A stretch of 62,247 nt of DNA, filler included. It is 5 parts of 5 records of this genome, joined end to end, with 100 filler letters (N's around TTAATTAATTAA, not from the genome) between each part and the next. Parts side by side here need not be neighbours in the genome. Positions count along the whole stretch, not along the records: positions 1 to 23,364 come from DRR378314_565; positions 23,465 to 41,085 come from DRR378314_566; 3 more parts are not named here. One strand, 5' to 3'. The notes under the pieces are model-generated. The model was given only the letters and a program-made list of their open reading frames with translations, was not told the origin of the DNA and did no database searches. Shown here in pieces: positions 18,794 to 30,726 of this stretch (within the stretch, counting starts at the first letter, position 1; each line of letters starts with the position of its first letter). A program made the position numbers and the translations under genes.

Positions 18794-20332
18794 ATGACTG
18801 CTCGACAACCTAACATTCTCTTTCTGATGGCCGACCAGATAGCAGCCTCGGCTATGCCCTTCCACGGCCACCCCATCGTAAAGACTCCCCACCTCTCACG
18901 ATTGGCAGATGAAGGGGTAGTGTTCGACTCAGCCTACTGCAACACCCCGCTGTGCGCACCATCTCGTTTTACGCTGATGGCCGGTCAATTGCCGTCACGC
19001 ATTGGAGGTTATGACAATGCCGCTGATTTTCCAGCGGACACTCCCACTTTCGCCCATTATCTACGCGATGCTGGTTACTACACCGCCCTCACCGGCAAGA
19101 TGCATTTCTGCGGCCCTGACCAGTTGCATGGTTTCGAGGAACGGCTGACCACCGATATCTACCCGGCCGACTATGGCTGGTTTGTCGACTGGGAAAACTT
19201 TCATGAACGGCCTAGCTACTACCACAACATGTCGTCGGTGATTCAGGCGGGGCCATGCGTGCGCTCCAACCAGCTCGACTTCGACGATGAAGTCGCTTTC
19301 CGCGCTAAGCGCTTTCTTTACGATTATGCCCGCAATGGCGAGCAGCGCCCCTTCTGCCTGACCGTTTCAATGACGCACCCACACGACCCTTACACCATTC
19401 CTCAGGAGTACTGGGACCGCTACCAGCACGACGCCATCGACATGCCACGGGTGCCCTATTCAAGAGAGCTGATGGATCCACACTCCAAGCGGCTGCGTCA
19501 TGTTTACCAGTGCGATGAGGGCACCATCAACGATGAGCAGATCCGCAACGCGCGCCATGCTTATTATGGGGCGCTAAGCTATGTCGACGATCAAATCGGT
19601 GACGTGCTTAAAGCGTTGAAGGAGACTGGCCTCGCTGAAAACACCATCATTGTTTTTTCAGGTGATCACGGTGATATGCTCGGCGAGCGCGGCCTGTGGT
19701 ACAAGATGAGTTGGTTCGAGGGCTCGGCACGCGTGCCGATGATTATCCATGCGCCACAACGCTTTACTCCAGGCAGGGTGCGTGAATCGGTGTCGACCAT
19801 GGATCTGCTGCCAACGTTTGCCGAACTAGCCCACGGTGGAAGTGCACCGGAGTATGCCGTGCCGATTGATGGTCGCAGCCTCTTGCCGCACCTGACGGGT
19901 AACGGTGGTCACGACGAGGTAATCGGCGAGTATCTTGGCGAAGGGGCTATTGCACCGCTACTAATGATTCGTCGCGGTCGTTACAAATTCGTCCACACTG
20001 CACCAGACCCAGATCAGTTATTCGATCTCGAAGCTGATCCGCTAGAGCTCAACAATCTCGCCGAAAGCCCTGCTTATCAGGAATTATGTAAGGAATTTCG
20101 CAATGAGGTCGCCAGTCGCTGGGACTATGAGCAAATGCATAATGAGGTGATTGCCAGTCAACGGCGCCGCAAACTGGTTTCGCGGGCCCTTAAGCAAGGC
20201 AAAGTGACGCCATGGGATTATCAGCCTACTTTCGATGCCAGTACCCAGTATATGCGTAACAACATAGACTTGGACGACCTAGAGCGTCGAGCACGTTTAT
20301 CAGCCGCCGCCTCCGTAACAAACAACCGTTGA
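18794..20332 (+). CDS. betC: Choline sulfatase
   Basis: Sulfatase signature CAPSR, GKMHF.GPDQLHGFEERLTTDIYP, DHGDMLGERGLWYK, C-terminal WDYQP...YMRN. Confidence 0.93.
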   Translation: MTARQPNILFLMADQIAASAMPFHGHPIVKTPHLSRLADEGVVFDSAYCNTPLCAPSRFTLMAGQLPSRIGGYDNAADFPADTPTFAHYLRDAGYYTALTGKMHFCGPDQLHGFEERLTTDIYPADYGWFVDWENFHERPSYYHNMSSVIQAGPCVRSNQLDFDDEVAFRAKRFLYDYARNGEQRPFCLTVSMTHPHDPYTIPQEYWDRYQHDAIDMPRVPYSRELMDPHSKRLRHVYQCDEGTINDEQIRNARHAYYGALSYVDDQIGDVLKALKETGLAENTIIVFSGDHGDMLGERGLWYKMSWFEGSARVPMIIHAPQRFTPGRVRESVSTMDLLPTFAELAHGGSAPEYAVPIDGRSLLPHLTGNGGHDEVIGEYLGEGAIAPLLMIRRGRYKFVHTAPDPDQLFDLEADPLELNNLAESPAYQELCKEFRNEVASRWDYEQMHNEVIASQRRRKLVSRALKQGKVTPWDYQPTFDASTQYMRNNIDLDDLERRARLSAAASVTNNR

Positions 20333-20416
20333 TTCATCATTTAACCACTACCACCCTAAAATAAAGATGATAAGACGGCGGATGCGCCCATTATTAATAA
20401 TAAGGGAAATTCTATT

Positions 20417-22057
20417 ATGAGCACTAAAAGCGACCCTGAGTCGCCGCCTATGGCTAGTGATATGCAAACCGACTACGTGGTCGGGCAGGATAATATCGAG
20501 GGGAGCTTTGGCCCCATCGGATTTGATATCCATAATCGCGTTTTTGCTGTATCCGCCCTTTCTTCGGTCGTGTTTATTATCCTTACGCTGCTATTTCCTG
20601 AACGCGCAGGGAGCATTTTTCAGTCGATCGTCGCTTTTTCCACGGGAACCCTGGACTGGTATTTCATGATCCTGGTGGATTTCTTTATTCTGTTTTGCTT
20701 GGCACTCGTGGTCTTGCCTTATGGATCAGTCAGGCTAGGGGGGCCTGACGCTCGCCCGGACCATAGCTATCTTTCTTGGTTTGCAATGCTGTTCACTGCA
20801 GGCATTGGCATCGGCTTACTGTTTTTTGGCGTTCTAGAGCCGGTTTATCACGCCAATGTTTCGCTGCCTTTAGGCATTACGTCGCCCTTCGGAAGTGACG
20901 GAACACTGAACCCAGACGCTATTGCGGATGCTAGTGCCATGGGGCTTGCGGGCACCTATCTTCACTGGGGACTGCATGGCTGGGCAGTGTATGTTGTGAT
21001 GGCTCTTGCACTGGGCATTTTTACCTATAACAAAGGCCTGCCATTTTCGATACGTTCAGCATTTTTTCCAATTCTGGGCGAACGTGTTTGGGGCTGGTGG
21101 GGTCATGCCATCGACATTCTGGCAGTGTTTGCCACCCTCTTCGGACTGGCCACATCCCTTGGGCTTGGCGCACAACAAGCGAATGCGGGGATGAACTTCG
21201 TCTTTGGCATGGAGGTAAACACCACCACCCAGGTGATCGTCATCGTGCTGGTAACGGCAGTCGCGCTAGTGTCAGTATGGCGCGGACTAGAGGGCGGCTT
21301 AAAGAAGCTGTCTGAATTCAATATGATCCTGGCCGTATTGTTTTTCTTCTTTGTATTGTTTGCCGGCCCTACGTTGATTGCGCTAAGCGGTTTTATGTCC
21401 GGGCTTGTCACCTATGTTGCTGACTTCCTGCCTCTATCTGCCCCTTTCGGCCGTGACGATGATGCCTACCGTCAATCCTGGACTATTTTCTACTGGGCGT
21501 GGTGGATCAGTTGGGCACCTTTCGTCGGCATGTTTATCGCCCGCGTGTCACGAGGCCGTACAGTGCGAGAGTTCGTGCTCTGTGTGCTGCTTGTTCCCAG
21601 CTTGTTCATCTTTATTTGGATGGGCGTCTTTGGCGCTACGGCGTTAGATCAGCTCTACGCAAACCCCGCCAGCAGCTTGGTTAAAGAGTATGTTATCGAC
21701 AACTACAGACCTGAATTATCGCTATTTGGCATGCTTAATGAGCTGCCTCTGACAGGTATTATGTCCACCTTAGGTATCGTGTTGGCACTGATATTCTTCG
21801 TTACCTCGTCAGACTCGGGGTCTTTGGTGATCGACACTATCACTGCCGGTGGAAAAATTGACGCTCCCCGCCCACAGCGCATGTTTTGGGCGATTGTTGA
21901 GGGGCTTATCGCTATCGTACTGCTGATTGGTGGCGGCTTATCAGCGCTTCAGGCAGGCGTGACAGCAACGGCCATTCCATTCTCAATTGTTATGCTGCTG
22001 ATGTGCTACTCGATTATTAAAGCGCTGAATGGCGAGTTAAAGCATATGCGCCGCTAA
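20417..22057 (+). CDS. BCCT family (betaine/choline/carnitine) transporter
   Basis: SWFAMLF.AG.GIGL, HWGLHGWAVY, WTIFYWAWWISWAPFVGMFIARVSRGRT, FFVTSSDSG. Confidence 0.93.
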   Translation: MSTKSDPESPPMASDMQTDYVVGQDNIEGSFGPIGFDIHNRVFAVSALSSVVFIILTLLFPERAGSIFQSIVAFSTGTLDWYFMILVDFFILFCLALVVLPYGSVRLGGPDARPDHSYLSWFAMLFTAGIGIGLLFFGVLEPVYHANVSLPLGITSPFGSDGTLNPDAIADASAMGLAGTYLHWGLHGWAVYVVMALALGIFTYNKGLPFSIRSAFFPILGERVWGWWGHAIDILAVFATLFGLATSLGLGAQQANAGMNFVFGMEVNTTTQVIVIVLVTAVALVSVWRGLEGGLKKLSEFNMILAVLFFFFVLFAGPTLIALSGFMSGLVTYVADFLPLSAPFGRDDDAYRQSWTIFYWAWWISWAPFVGMFIARVSRGRTVREFVLCVLLVPSLFIFIWMGVFGATALDQLYANPASSLVKEYVIDNYRPELSLFGMLNELPLTGIMSTLGIVLALIFFVTSSDSGSLVIDTITAGGKIDAPRPQRMFWAIVEGLIAIVLLIGGGLSALQAGVTATAIPFSIVMLLMCYSIIKALNGELKHMRR

Positions 22058-22079
22058 CGAGGACATTAGGACGATAGTA

Positions 22080-22112
22080 AAGAGCCTCTGCTAACATCAG
22101 CAGAGGCTCTTC
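22080..22112. terminator. Terminator between convergent BCCT and ABC ATPase genes
   Basis: AAGAGCCTCTGCT...AGCAGAGGCTCTT inverted repeat. Confidence 0.8.
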
Positions 22113-22141
22113 ACTTATCAGTACGACATAACACTAACGCT

Positions 22142-23263
22142 TCAAGCCAAGCGCTGTTCAGTCTCGGCATCAAACAGCACGGCGCGGGCCATATCGACGC
22201 GTAGCGACAAGCGTTCGCCGGGTGCAATTGCGCACTTGGGCCCTACCCTAGCGGTGATTTCCTGCTCTCCCAGCGGCAGGCGTAGCAGAATATCGGCACC
22301 GGTCGGCTCAACGACGCTTACCTTGGCCTCCATTAATGTCCCTTCCGCCTGCTCGCTCAGCCGAACATCCTCCTCGCTGAAGTGTTCTGGTCGCAGCCCA
22401 AGAATAATTGGCTTATTCAGCTGTTCCACAAGCCCCGCTGCATTGCGTCCAGAGGGCCATGGCAGCAAGAGATCATCTTCATCAGGGGTGGCAATACGTA
22501 GTGCATAGCCATCGCCCGCCGCCTCCAGCGTCGCGCGAATAAAGTTCATCGATGGTGACCCCATAAAGCCTGCGACGAACATATCGACCGGGTTGTTATA
22601 CACCTCATCGGGGCTACCAAGCTGCAGGATATTGCCATCACGCATCACCGCAATGCAGTCGGCCAGGGTCATTGCTTCAACTTGGTCATGGGTGACGTAA
22701 ACAATTGTGGTGCCTAAGCGCTGGTGGAGCTTTTTAATCTCGGTACGCATATCCACCCGCAGCTTTGCGTCCAGATTTGATAGCGGCTCGTCAAATAGAT
22801 ACACCTTGGGTTCACGGGCCAGCGCCCGCCCCATGGCCACCCGCTGACGCTGGCCACCCGAAAGCTGGGCAGGCTTACGTTCAAGCAGGTGAGAGATTTG
22901 CAGCAGGTCGGCCACGCGCTCTACGGCACCGACCCGCTCGGCTTTGGGCACCTTGCGCATTTCCAGCCCAAAGCTGATGTTTTGCCGTACGGTCATGCTG
23001 GGATAGAGCGCGTAGGACTGAAACACCATGGCAATATCCCGTTCAGCGGGCGTGCGCCAAGTGACGTCTTCGCCGTCGATATAGATATTGCCGCTAGTCA
23101 CTGGCTCCAGCCCGGCGATGGCATTCATCAGCGTGGATTTACCACAGCCAGATGGCCCCACCAAAATCAGGAACTCACCGGAGTCAATCGAAATACTGAC
23201 ATCTTTCAGCACCCGTTCGCTGCCGAACTCTTTGCGCACGTTGTGAATTTCTAACGCTGCCAT
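22142..23263 (-). CDS. Sugar ABC transporter ATPase (MalK/UgpC family)
   Basis: GPSGCGKST, MVFQSYALYP, LSGGQRQR, DEPLSNLD, YVTHDQ; TOBE-type C-terminus. Confidence 0.93.
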   Translation of the reverse strand: MAALEIHNVRKEFGSERVLKDVSISIDSGEFLILVGPSGCGKSTLMNAIAGLEPVTSGNIYIDGEDVTWRTPAERDIAMVFQSYALYPSMTVRQNISFGLEMRKVPKAERVGAVERVADLLQISHLLERKPAQLSGGQRQRVAMGRALAREPKVYLFDEPLSNLDAKLRVDMRTEIKKLHQRLGTTIVYVTHDQVEAMTLADCIAVMRDGNILQLGSPDEVYNNPVDMFVAGFMGSPSMNFIRATLEAAGDGYALRIATPDEDDLLLPWPSGRNAAGLVEQLNKPIILGLRPEHFSEEDVRLSEQAEGTLMEAKVSVVEPTGADILLRLPLGEQEITARVGPKCAIAPGERLSLRVDMARAVLFDAETEQRLA

Positions 23264-23321
23264 AATGAAAACCCCATTGTATAGCGACTGACAAACTCCA
23301 CTTAGCTGGATCGGTCAAAAG

Positions 23322-23364
23322 CAGCCCGTAGCGGGGGTCTTTCGCCATGGATGGCGAAAGTAGC
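23322..23364. repeat. Truncated REP/MITE-like palindromic intergenic repeat at the contig end
   Basis: CTTTCGCCAT-GG-ATGGCGAAAG perfect hairpin (23339-23360) flanked by GTAGC direct copies, exactly where the assembly breaks. Confidence 0.55.
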
Positions 23365-23464
23365 NNNNNNNNNNNNNNNNNNNNNNNNNNNNNNNNNNNN
23401 NNNNNNNNTTAATTAATTAANNNNNNNNNNNNNNNNNNNNNNNNNNNNNNNNNNNNNNNNNNNN
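23365..23464. other. Artificial contig linker 1
   Basis: 44 N + TTAATTAATTAA (stop codons in all six frames) + 44 N. Confidence 0.98.
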
Positions 23465-23611
23465 GGCGAGCGTCTGGACGATCTGGAAGATCCGTTCAAA
23501 CTGTATCGCTGCCACACAATCATGAACTGCGCGCAGGTCTGCCCGAAAGGCTTGAACCCGGCCAAGGCCATCGCCAAGATCAAGCACATGATGGTGGAGC
23601 GGGTTTCCTAA
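23465..23611 (+). CDS. sdhB: Succinate dehydrogenase iron-sulfur subunit, 3' fragment
   Basis: Hand translation [48 protein letters not shown]; missing from the ORF track. Confidence 0.95.
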   Translation, partial: GERLDDLEDPFKLYRCHTIMNCAQVCPKGLNPAKAIAKIKHMMVERVS

Positions 23612-24204
23612 GCGGTCCCGCCTGCATTCACGGCAAAGACTTTTCGCAAACCCTCCGGACGTTCCATCGTTCGGAGGGTTTCGATCAATTGGGCGACATC
23701 AAACTCCCAGAGTGTCGTTGGCGGCATGGGCCGGATCACTTTCCCGCCCAGCGCCTTGAACAGGCTGTTTGCCTTGCGGTTTTCCGGCAGCGTTTCCGCC
23801 TCTAGCGTGATGATGCCGCGCGCCCGGCAGGACAGGGCAACAGACGCGATCAAAAGCCGTGAGAGGCCATGCGCTTGATACTGGTCCAGCACACCCAGCG
23901 CCAGTTCCGCCCGGTCGCTCCCCTCTTCACTGCGTATCGCATGGGCCGCAGCCATCAACGGCGCACCATCCTCGCCCTCATCCAGAATGCCCCAGGCGAT
24001 ATGCTTTTGCCCGTCTGCATCAGCAAGGGACCGGACCACCGCATCCGGCACAGGGTTCGCCCCGCTGAAAAATCGCAGGTAGCGGGATTCCGGAGACATT
24101 GCCCGGAAGATTTGCTGGAACTTCGACTCATCCTCGATCCCGACGGGCCGCAGCAACACATAATGGCCAGTATCCAGAGAGACCTGAAGCGGAGCGTTAC
24201 ACAT
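23608..24204 (-). CDS. GNAT family N-acetyltransferase
   Basis: [31 protein letters not shown] acetyl-CoA motif, ETLPEN. Start reset to ATG 24204 (GGAGG upstream). Confidence 0.8.
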   Translation of the reverse strand: MCNAPLQVSLDTGHYVLLRPVGIEDESKFQQIFRAMSPESRYLRFFSGANPVPDAVVRSLADADGQKHIAWGILDEGEDGAPLMAAAHAIRSEEGSDRAELALGVLDQYQAHGLSRLLIASVALSCRARGIITLEAETLPENRKANSLFKALGGKVIRPMPPTTLWEFDVAQLIETLRTMERPEGLRKVFAVNAGGTA

Positions 24205-24353
24205 AAGGCCTGCCAGCCTCCGTCTAGAGTTCCCACCAGTCGGCTCGCCTGTGCCGATGGCTCCAACGCATAAATCCCGAACGGAATATTCGTTCCGGAT
24301 TCGCCTCACAACGGTAGTGCCCCTATCCTCAAAGGCAAGCACTTCCAGAAACG

Positions 24354-24385
24354 CAAAAAGCGCGACCGACCTGGCCGCGCTTTTC
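24354..24385 (-). terminator. Terminator after ftsH
   Basis: AAAAGCGCG...CGCGCTTTT inverted repeat with a T tail on the minus strand. Confidence 0.7.
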
Positions 24386-24411
24386 GAGTTTTGTCACTTG
24401 AGCTGAACCTG

Positions 24412-26334
<1,923 letters not shown>

Positions 26335-26427
26335 ATCGCGTCTCGCTCCAGATTCCGGTGTTCGTTCCGTAAGATAGGAAGCTTATGGCACGAAAACGAC
26401 TCAAAAGCTCTTAAAATGGCTGTTTTG

Positions 26428-27450
26428 TCACGTACCGGCGCCATACAGGCTGCGAATTGCCGCGAACCGGGCGCGAGCCAGCTTTTCCTCTGCAGCATCG
26501 CCTGAAACCTCTGGCTCGGGCGCAAGACTTACATCATCGCGATTGCGATAGATCATGACGCCGCCAAGCGTCGCGCCCGAGAAGGGCTTATCACTGGTCA
26601 GCCGCATGGCAAGCGGCTCCACCGCATCCTTTCGCGGCGGCGTCTCACGCCCTCCAACAATCTGTAGCATCACGCCCAAGGCGCGGATCAGGCGCTCCTC
26701 CGGCAGTCCCGACAAATCAAGCCGGAACACACCTTCGCCATCGATCGAAACCTGTTCGCGCATCCAGTGTGCAATCAGTCGTTCTTCGAGCCGCCGCAGA
26801 TCCTGAAGCCGGGCCTGACAGGCAAGGATTCGGGTTTTCAGCCGCTCTTGCCCTGCCAGCAAGGTGCGAACCCGCACGCGTTCATAGGCCGGATTTCGAT
26901 TGGAAGGGTCGTCGATCCAGTCGACGCCGCGCCGTTCCAGTTCCTCCCGCAAATCCGCGCGCGAGCGCTTCAGAACCGGACGGGCAATCCGCACGCCCTG
27001 CCCTTCCGGCCAGACGGGCGACAGCGCGATGGGCTGCATACCCGCCAATCCATACCAGGTGGACCCTTGCCGGGCGCGCATCAGAAAAGTCTCAACCTGA
27101 TCGTCGGCTGTATGCCCCAGAAGAAGGTGCGTGCCGCCCTCAGGCCGCAGCGCCTCAGCCATCATTGCGTGACGGGCCCGCCGGGCCGGTGCCTGCTTCC
27201 CTTTCGGGGTACGCCAGACCAGTGTCTGATGGGGCACATTGAGGCCTGCACAAATCTCTGCCACCGCGCGGGCTTCGTCAGCGGCTTCCGGGCGCAATCT
27301 GTGATCGACCGTGAACGCGACAAGCGCCCGACCGGACTGCTCCGCCCATTCATGCGCGAGGATGAGCAGTGCGAGGGAATCGCTGCCACCTGAGACCGCA
27401 ACGCCAACCGGCCCTGTGGCCTTGCCGCAGAGCCGGTCAAACAGGTCCAT
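26428..27450 (-). CDS. tilS: tRNA(Ile)-lysidine synthetase
   Basis: PP-loop AVSGGSDS, VDH.LR, GHTADDQVET, DDPSN; canonical tilS-ftsH synteny. Confidence 0.95.
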   Translation of the reverse strand: MDLFDRLCGKATGPVGVAVSGGSDSLALLILAHEWAEQSGRALVAFTVDHRLRPEAADEARAVAEICAGLNVPHQTLVWRTPKGKQAPARRARHAMMAEALRPEGGTHLLLGHTADDQVETFLMRARQGSTWYGLAGMQPIALSPVWPEGQGVRIARPVLKRSRADLREELERRGVDWIDDPSNRNPAYERVRVRTLLAGQERLKTRILACQARLQDLRRLEERLIAHWMREQVSIDGEGVFRLDLSGLPEERLIRALGVMLQIVGGRETPPRKDAVEPLAMRLTSDKPFSGATLGGVMIYRNRDDVSLAPEPEVSGDAAEEKLARARFAAIRSLYGAGT

Positions 27451-27469
27451 CAGACGTCAGACGTGCAAA

Positions 27470-28465
27470 TCAGTTGTCGCAACCGGACTTGGTGCGCTCC
27501 ACCGCGGCCAGGTCACGTGTCACACCGGAGGCATTGGGATACCGGCTCGGCAAGGTGCCGAGCGCCAGGCAGGCCTTTTCCTTGTCACCGATCAGGCGCA
27601 TTGCGCGGGCGAGCTTCACAAGCGCATCAGGGGCACGCGGATCATCCGGATAAGAGCGGATCATGGTCGTATAGGCCGCACCGCTATCAGCATAGGCCTT
27701 CTGCTGGTAAAGCGACTCTCCCAACCAGTAATGCGCTTCGCCCGCCTGCGGATCATCTCCGAACCGGTCAAGGAAAGCCCGGAACGCTTCTTCTGCGCCC
27801 GCATAGTCGAACTGGATCAGGCGAGACTTGGCGAGTGCGAACAATGGCCCCGCCTCCCCCGGCAACGCGCTGGCAGGAATGGTGCCGAGTGAGCCTTCCG
27901 GCAACGCGTCATTCTCTGCAAGGGTGCTGGCAGGCGTCAGGCGCGTAGGGCTGGATTGGGATTCAGGTTCAGGCTCCGGCATTTCGCTCAGCCCGTTGAG
28001 GCGGCGCGGGCCGGATGCCGCAGAATCGCCGAGACCCGTCATCGCATCATCCGGGAACGCGCCCGTCATACCGTCCGGTGTCGGCTCGGTTTCCGGCATC
28101 AGGCCAGCTGACGCCATGAAGGATTTCAATGCGGCCATGTCCTCAGATTGCGCGTCCAGCTGGGTGCGCAGATCATCAATCTCGTCAATCAGGGCTTCAT
28201 TGTCGCGTTGGAGGTTTTCGGTCTGCTCGCGCGATTGCTGAAGCTGGAACTCCAGGGTTTCAACGCGACCCGTTAGCTGCATCACATCGCCGGTCAGGCC
28301 GTTTACCTCAACCTGCACCTGGGCGCTCTGTTGACGCGCCTGCGCCACCTGCTGGGAAAGATCTGAACTCGTCACGCCCTGAGTGATCGGCGCACTCCGC
28401 TGAGCGATGGCAGGGCTGGCCACGAGGCACAGGCTGGCGAGGACAAGAGCGGGCGCTTTGAACAT
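27470..28465 (-). CDS. cpoB: Tol-Pal TPR protein CpoB/YbgF
   Basis: Signal peptide, coiled coil, TPRs (AHYWLGES, APDALVKL); follows pal. Start reset to ATG 28465 (GGAGG RBS). Confidence 0.9.
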   Translation of the reverse strand: MFKAPALVLASLCLVASPAIAQRSAPITQGVTSSDLSQQVAQARQQSAQVQVEVNGLTGDVMQLTGRVETLEFQLQQSREQTENLQRDNEALIDEIDDLRTQLDAQSEDMAALKSFMASAGLMPETEPTPDGMTGAFPDDAMTGLGDSAASGPRRLNGLSEMPEPEPESQSSPTRLTPASTLAENDALPEGSLGTIPASALPGEAGPLFALAKSRLIQFDYAGAEEAFRAFLDRFGDDPQAGEAHYWLGESLYQQKAYADSGAAYTTMIRSYPDDPRAPDALVKLARAMRLIGDKEKACLALGTLPSRYPNASGVTRDLAAVERTKSGCDN

Positions 28466-28564
28466 GGATGAGCCTCCGGAGGATTTCTTGGATTCATACG
28501 AAAACAGCCGGGGCCAAATTAAGGCACCCGGCTGCATCTTGTGAAGCTATTCGCGACAGAAAGC

Positions 28565-29116
28565 TTAGCTTGTGGTCGCGCCGGAAACGATTTGCGTGAA
28601 GCCGTTCCGGTTCAGTGCCCATGCTTGCTCGTCAGAACCAGCAGCGATCGGGCGCTCTTTACCGTAGGAGATCGTGTCGATGCGGGACGGGTCGACGCCG
28701 AGGCTGACCAGATAGTCCTTCACGATGGATGCACGACGCTCGCCGAGGGCAAGGTTGTACTCACGCGTGCCGCGCTCGTCGCAGTTGCCTGCCACGATGA
28801 TGCGAACAGCTGGGTAGGAAGACAGCCAGGCAGCCTGACGCTTCAGGACTTCCTGATCGTCGACGTCGAGGCGGTAGCCGTTGAGGTCAAAGTAAACGCG
28901 CTCGCCAACATTGACGCGGAAGTCTTCGAGAGACCCTGCGAGCGGGCCAGCCGGTGCGGCAGGCTCTTCAACGACGGGTGCCGGAGCAGGTGCCGGTTCG
29001 GCAACTTCTACCGGTGCCGGTTCTTCAACCTGTTCGACAGGCTCCGGCTGGGATGCACATGCGCTGATGGAAAGAACAACTGCTGCAGCAGCTGCAAGTT
29101 TGAAAGTAGTATTCAT
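28565..29116 (-). CDS. pal: Peptidoglycan-associated lipoprotein Pal
   Basis: Lipobox ISAC; RVYFD, GNCDERGTREYNLALGERRA, SYGKERP. Confidence 0.97.
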   Translation of the reverse strand: MNTTFKLAAAAAVVLSISACASQPEPVEQVEEPAPVEVAEPAPAPAPVVEEPAAPAGPLAGSLEDFRVNVGERVYFDLNGYRLDVDDQEVLKRQAAWLSSYPAVRIIVAGNCDERGTREYNLALGERRASIVKDYLVSLGVDPSRIDTISYGKERPIAAGSDEQAWALNRNGFTQIVSGATTS

Positions 29117-29340
29117 TGCTATTCAGACTCCCCTGGATGTCCTGAGTGCTAATTGACGCCGTACGGCTGGCGTTTGTCAACGTTGTGCCGGATGTAGCGG
29201 GTATCTGTCTCCATATTCTGACAGAATTCGGGCGACAATCGGGCGGAAGCAGAGCAGCAACCCCGATTTCGCGATATTTTGACGGTTTATCTCCAAAAAG
29301 CAACGCCCCCGGATAAAAACCGGGGACGAAGTGTATGAAA

Positions 29341-30696
29341 TTATTGCAACAACGGCGACCAGGCCGGGTCAGACGCATCTGTTTGCGTCGGCAGACGGCG
29401 CTCATTCCGGCCAGACAGGTCCACCGACCAGAGCTGCGGTCCTGCGCCGGGGCGGCTCTCGCGGAAATACACGATCACGCGGCCATTCGGAGACCAGTCC
29501 GGACCTTCATCCAGATACGATTCGGTCAGAAGGCGCTCGCCTTTGCCGTCCGTGCCAATGACACCGATATAAAAGCGGCCACCAAGCTGCTTCGTGAAGG
29601 CGACGAGATCGCCTCGCGGGCTCCAGACCGGCGTCGAATACTGGCCTTTATTGAAGGTGATCCGGCATGCCACGTCACGACCACCTGACGGGCAGGTGCG
29701 CGGGCTGCCATCGGTATTCATGATGTAGAGCTGTGGGCTGCCACCCCGGTCGGACGTGAAGACAATGCCCCGCCCATCCGGCGACATGGACGGCGAGGTA
29801 TCAATCGCCGGATGATCCGTCAGGCGGCGTGACTGGCGCGTCTGGAGGTTCATCAGATAGATGTCGGAATTACCGCCCTGCGCCTGGGTGAGCAGAACGC
29901 TTTCCCCGTCCCGGGAGAAGCGCGGCGCGAACGTCATGCCGGGGAAGTTGCCGAGCAATTCCTGACGGCCTGTCTCGATATTGAAGAGATAGACGCGCGG
30001 GCGCCCGCCTTCATAGGACATGTAGGTAATTTCCTGAGCGGACGGGCTGAAGCGCGGCGTCAGCACGGTGTTCGTGCCACCGGTCAGATACTGCTGGTTC
30101 GCACCATCGGCATCCATGATCGCCAGGCGCTTCACGCGCTCGGTCTTCGGGCCGGTCTCCGCAATGTAAACGATGCGCGTATCGAAATACGGATCTTCGC
30201 CGGTCAGGCGCGTATAGATCGAGTCGGCAATCTTGTGCGCAATGCGGCGCCAATTGTCCGGCGTGGTCGTCAGGCGGCGGCCCGGCTGGCCATTGATGCG
30301 CATGACTTCACCGCCATAAACGTCCCAAAGGCGGAACGAGACCGCGATCTTGCCGTCCGGCAATTCCTCATACGCGCCCACCACAAGACCTTCGGTCTGG
30401 ATGATGCGCCAGTCCGGGAAGCGTGGCTGAACATCAATCGACAGATCCTTCTGGATGAAGGAGGCCGGGTTCTGAATGTCGAACAGGCCGGTCGATTCCA
30501 GATCGGCGCGGACAACATCGGCGATGTCCTCTGCCATTTCGGCATTGGTGCCGCGAACTTCAAAGTCCGGGATAGCCAGGGGTGTGGGCTGGAAATTACC
30601 CTCATCGACGCGGACCTGCAGCTGCGCAGCGGCAGGCATGGCGAGGCCAAATGGCGTCAGGAGGACCAGCATTAGCGCTGTCAGGATGCGGGTCAT
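29341..30696 (-). CDS. tolB: Tol-Pal beta-propeller protein TolB
   Basis: RRIAHKIAD, FDTRIVY, PD40 repeats, SDRGGSPQLY, PAWSP. Confidence 0.97.
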   Translation of the reverse strand: MTRILTALMLVLLTPFGLAMPAAAQLQVRVDEGNFQPTPLAIPDFEVRGTNAEMAEDIADVVRADLESTGLFDIQNPASFIQKDLSIDVQPRFPDWRIIQTEGLVVGAYEELPDGKIAVSFRLWDVYGGEVMRINGQPGRRLTTTPDNWRRIAHKIADSIYTRLTGEDPYFDTRIVYIAETGPKTERVKRLAIMDADGANQQYLTGGTNTVLTPRFSPSAQEITYMSYEGGRPRVYLFNIETGRQELLGNFPGMTFAPRFSRDGESVLLTQAQGGNSDIYLMNLQTRQSRRLTDHPAIDTSPSMSPDGRGIVFTSDRGGSPQLYIMNTDGSPRTCPSGGRDVACRITFNKGQYSTPVWSPRGDLVAFTKQLGGRFYIGVIGTDGKGERLLTESYLDEGPDWSPNGRVIVYFRESRPGAGPQLWSVDLSGRNERRLPTQTDASDPAWSPLLQ

Positions 30697-30726
30697 TTGA
30701 AAGTCTCCTCAGAATCTCGGTTCAGG

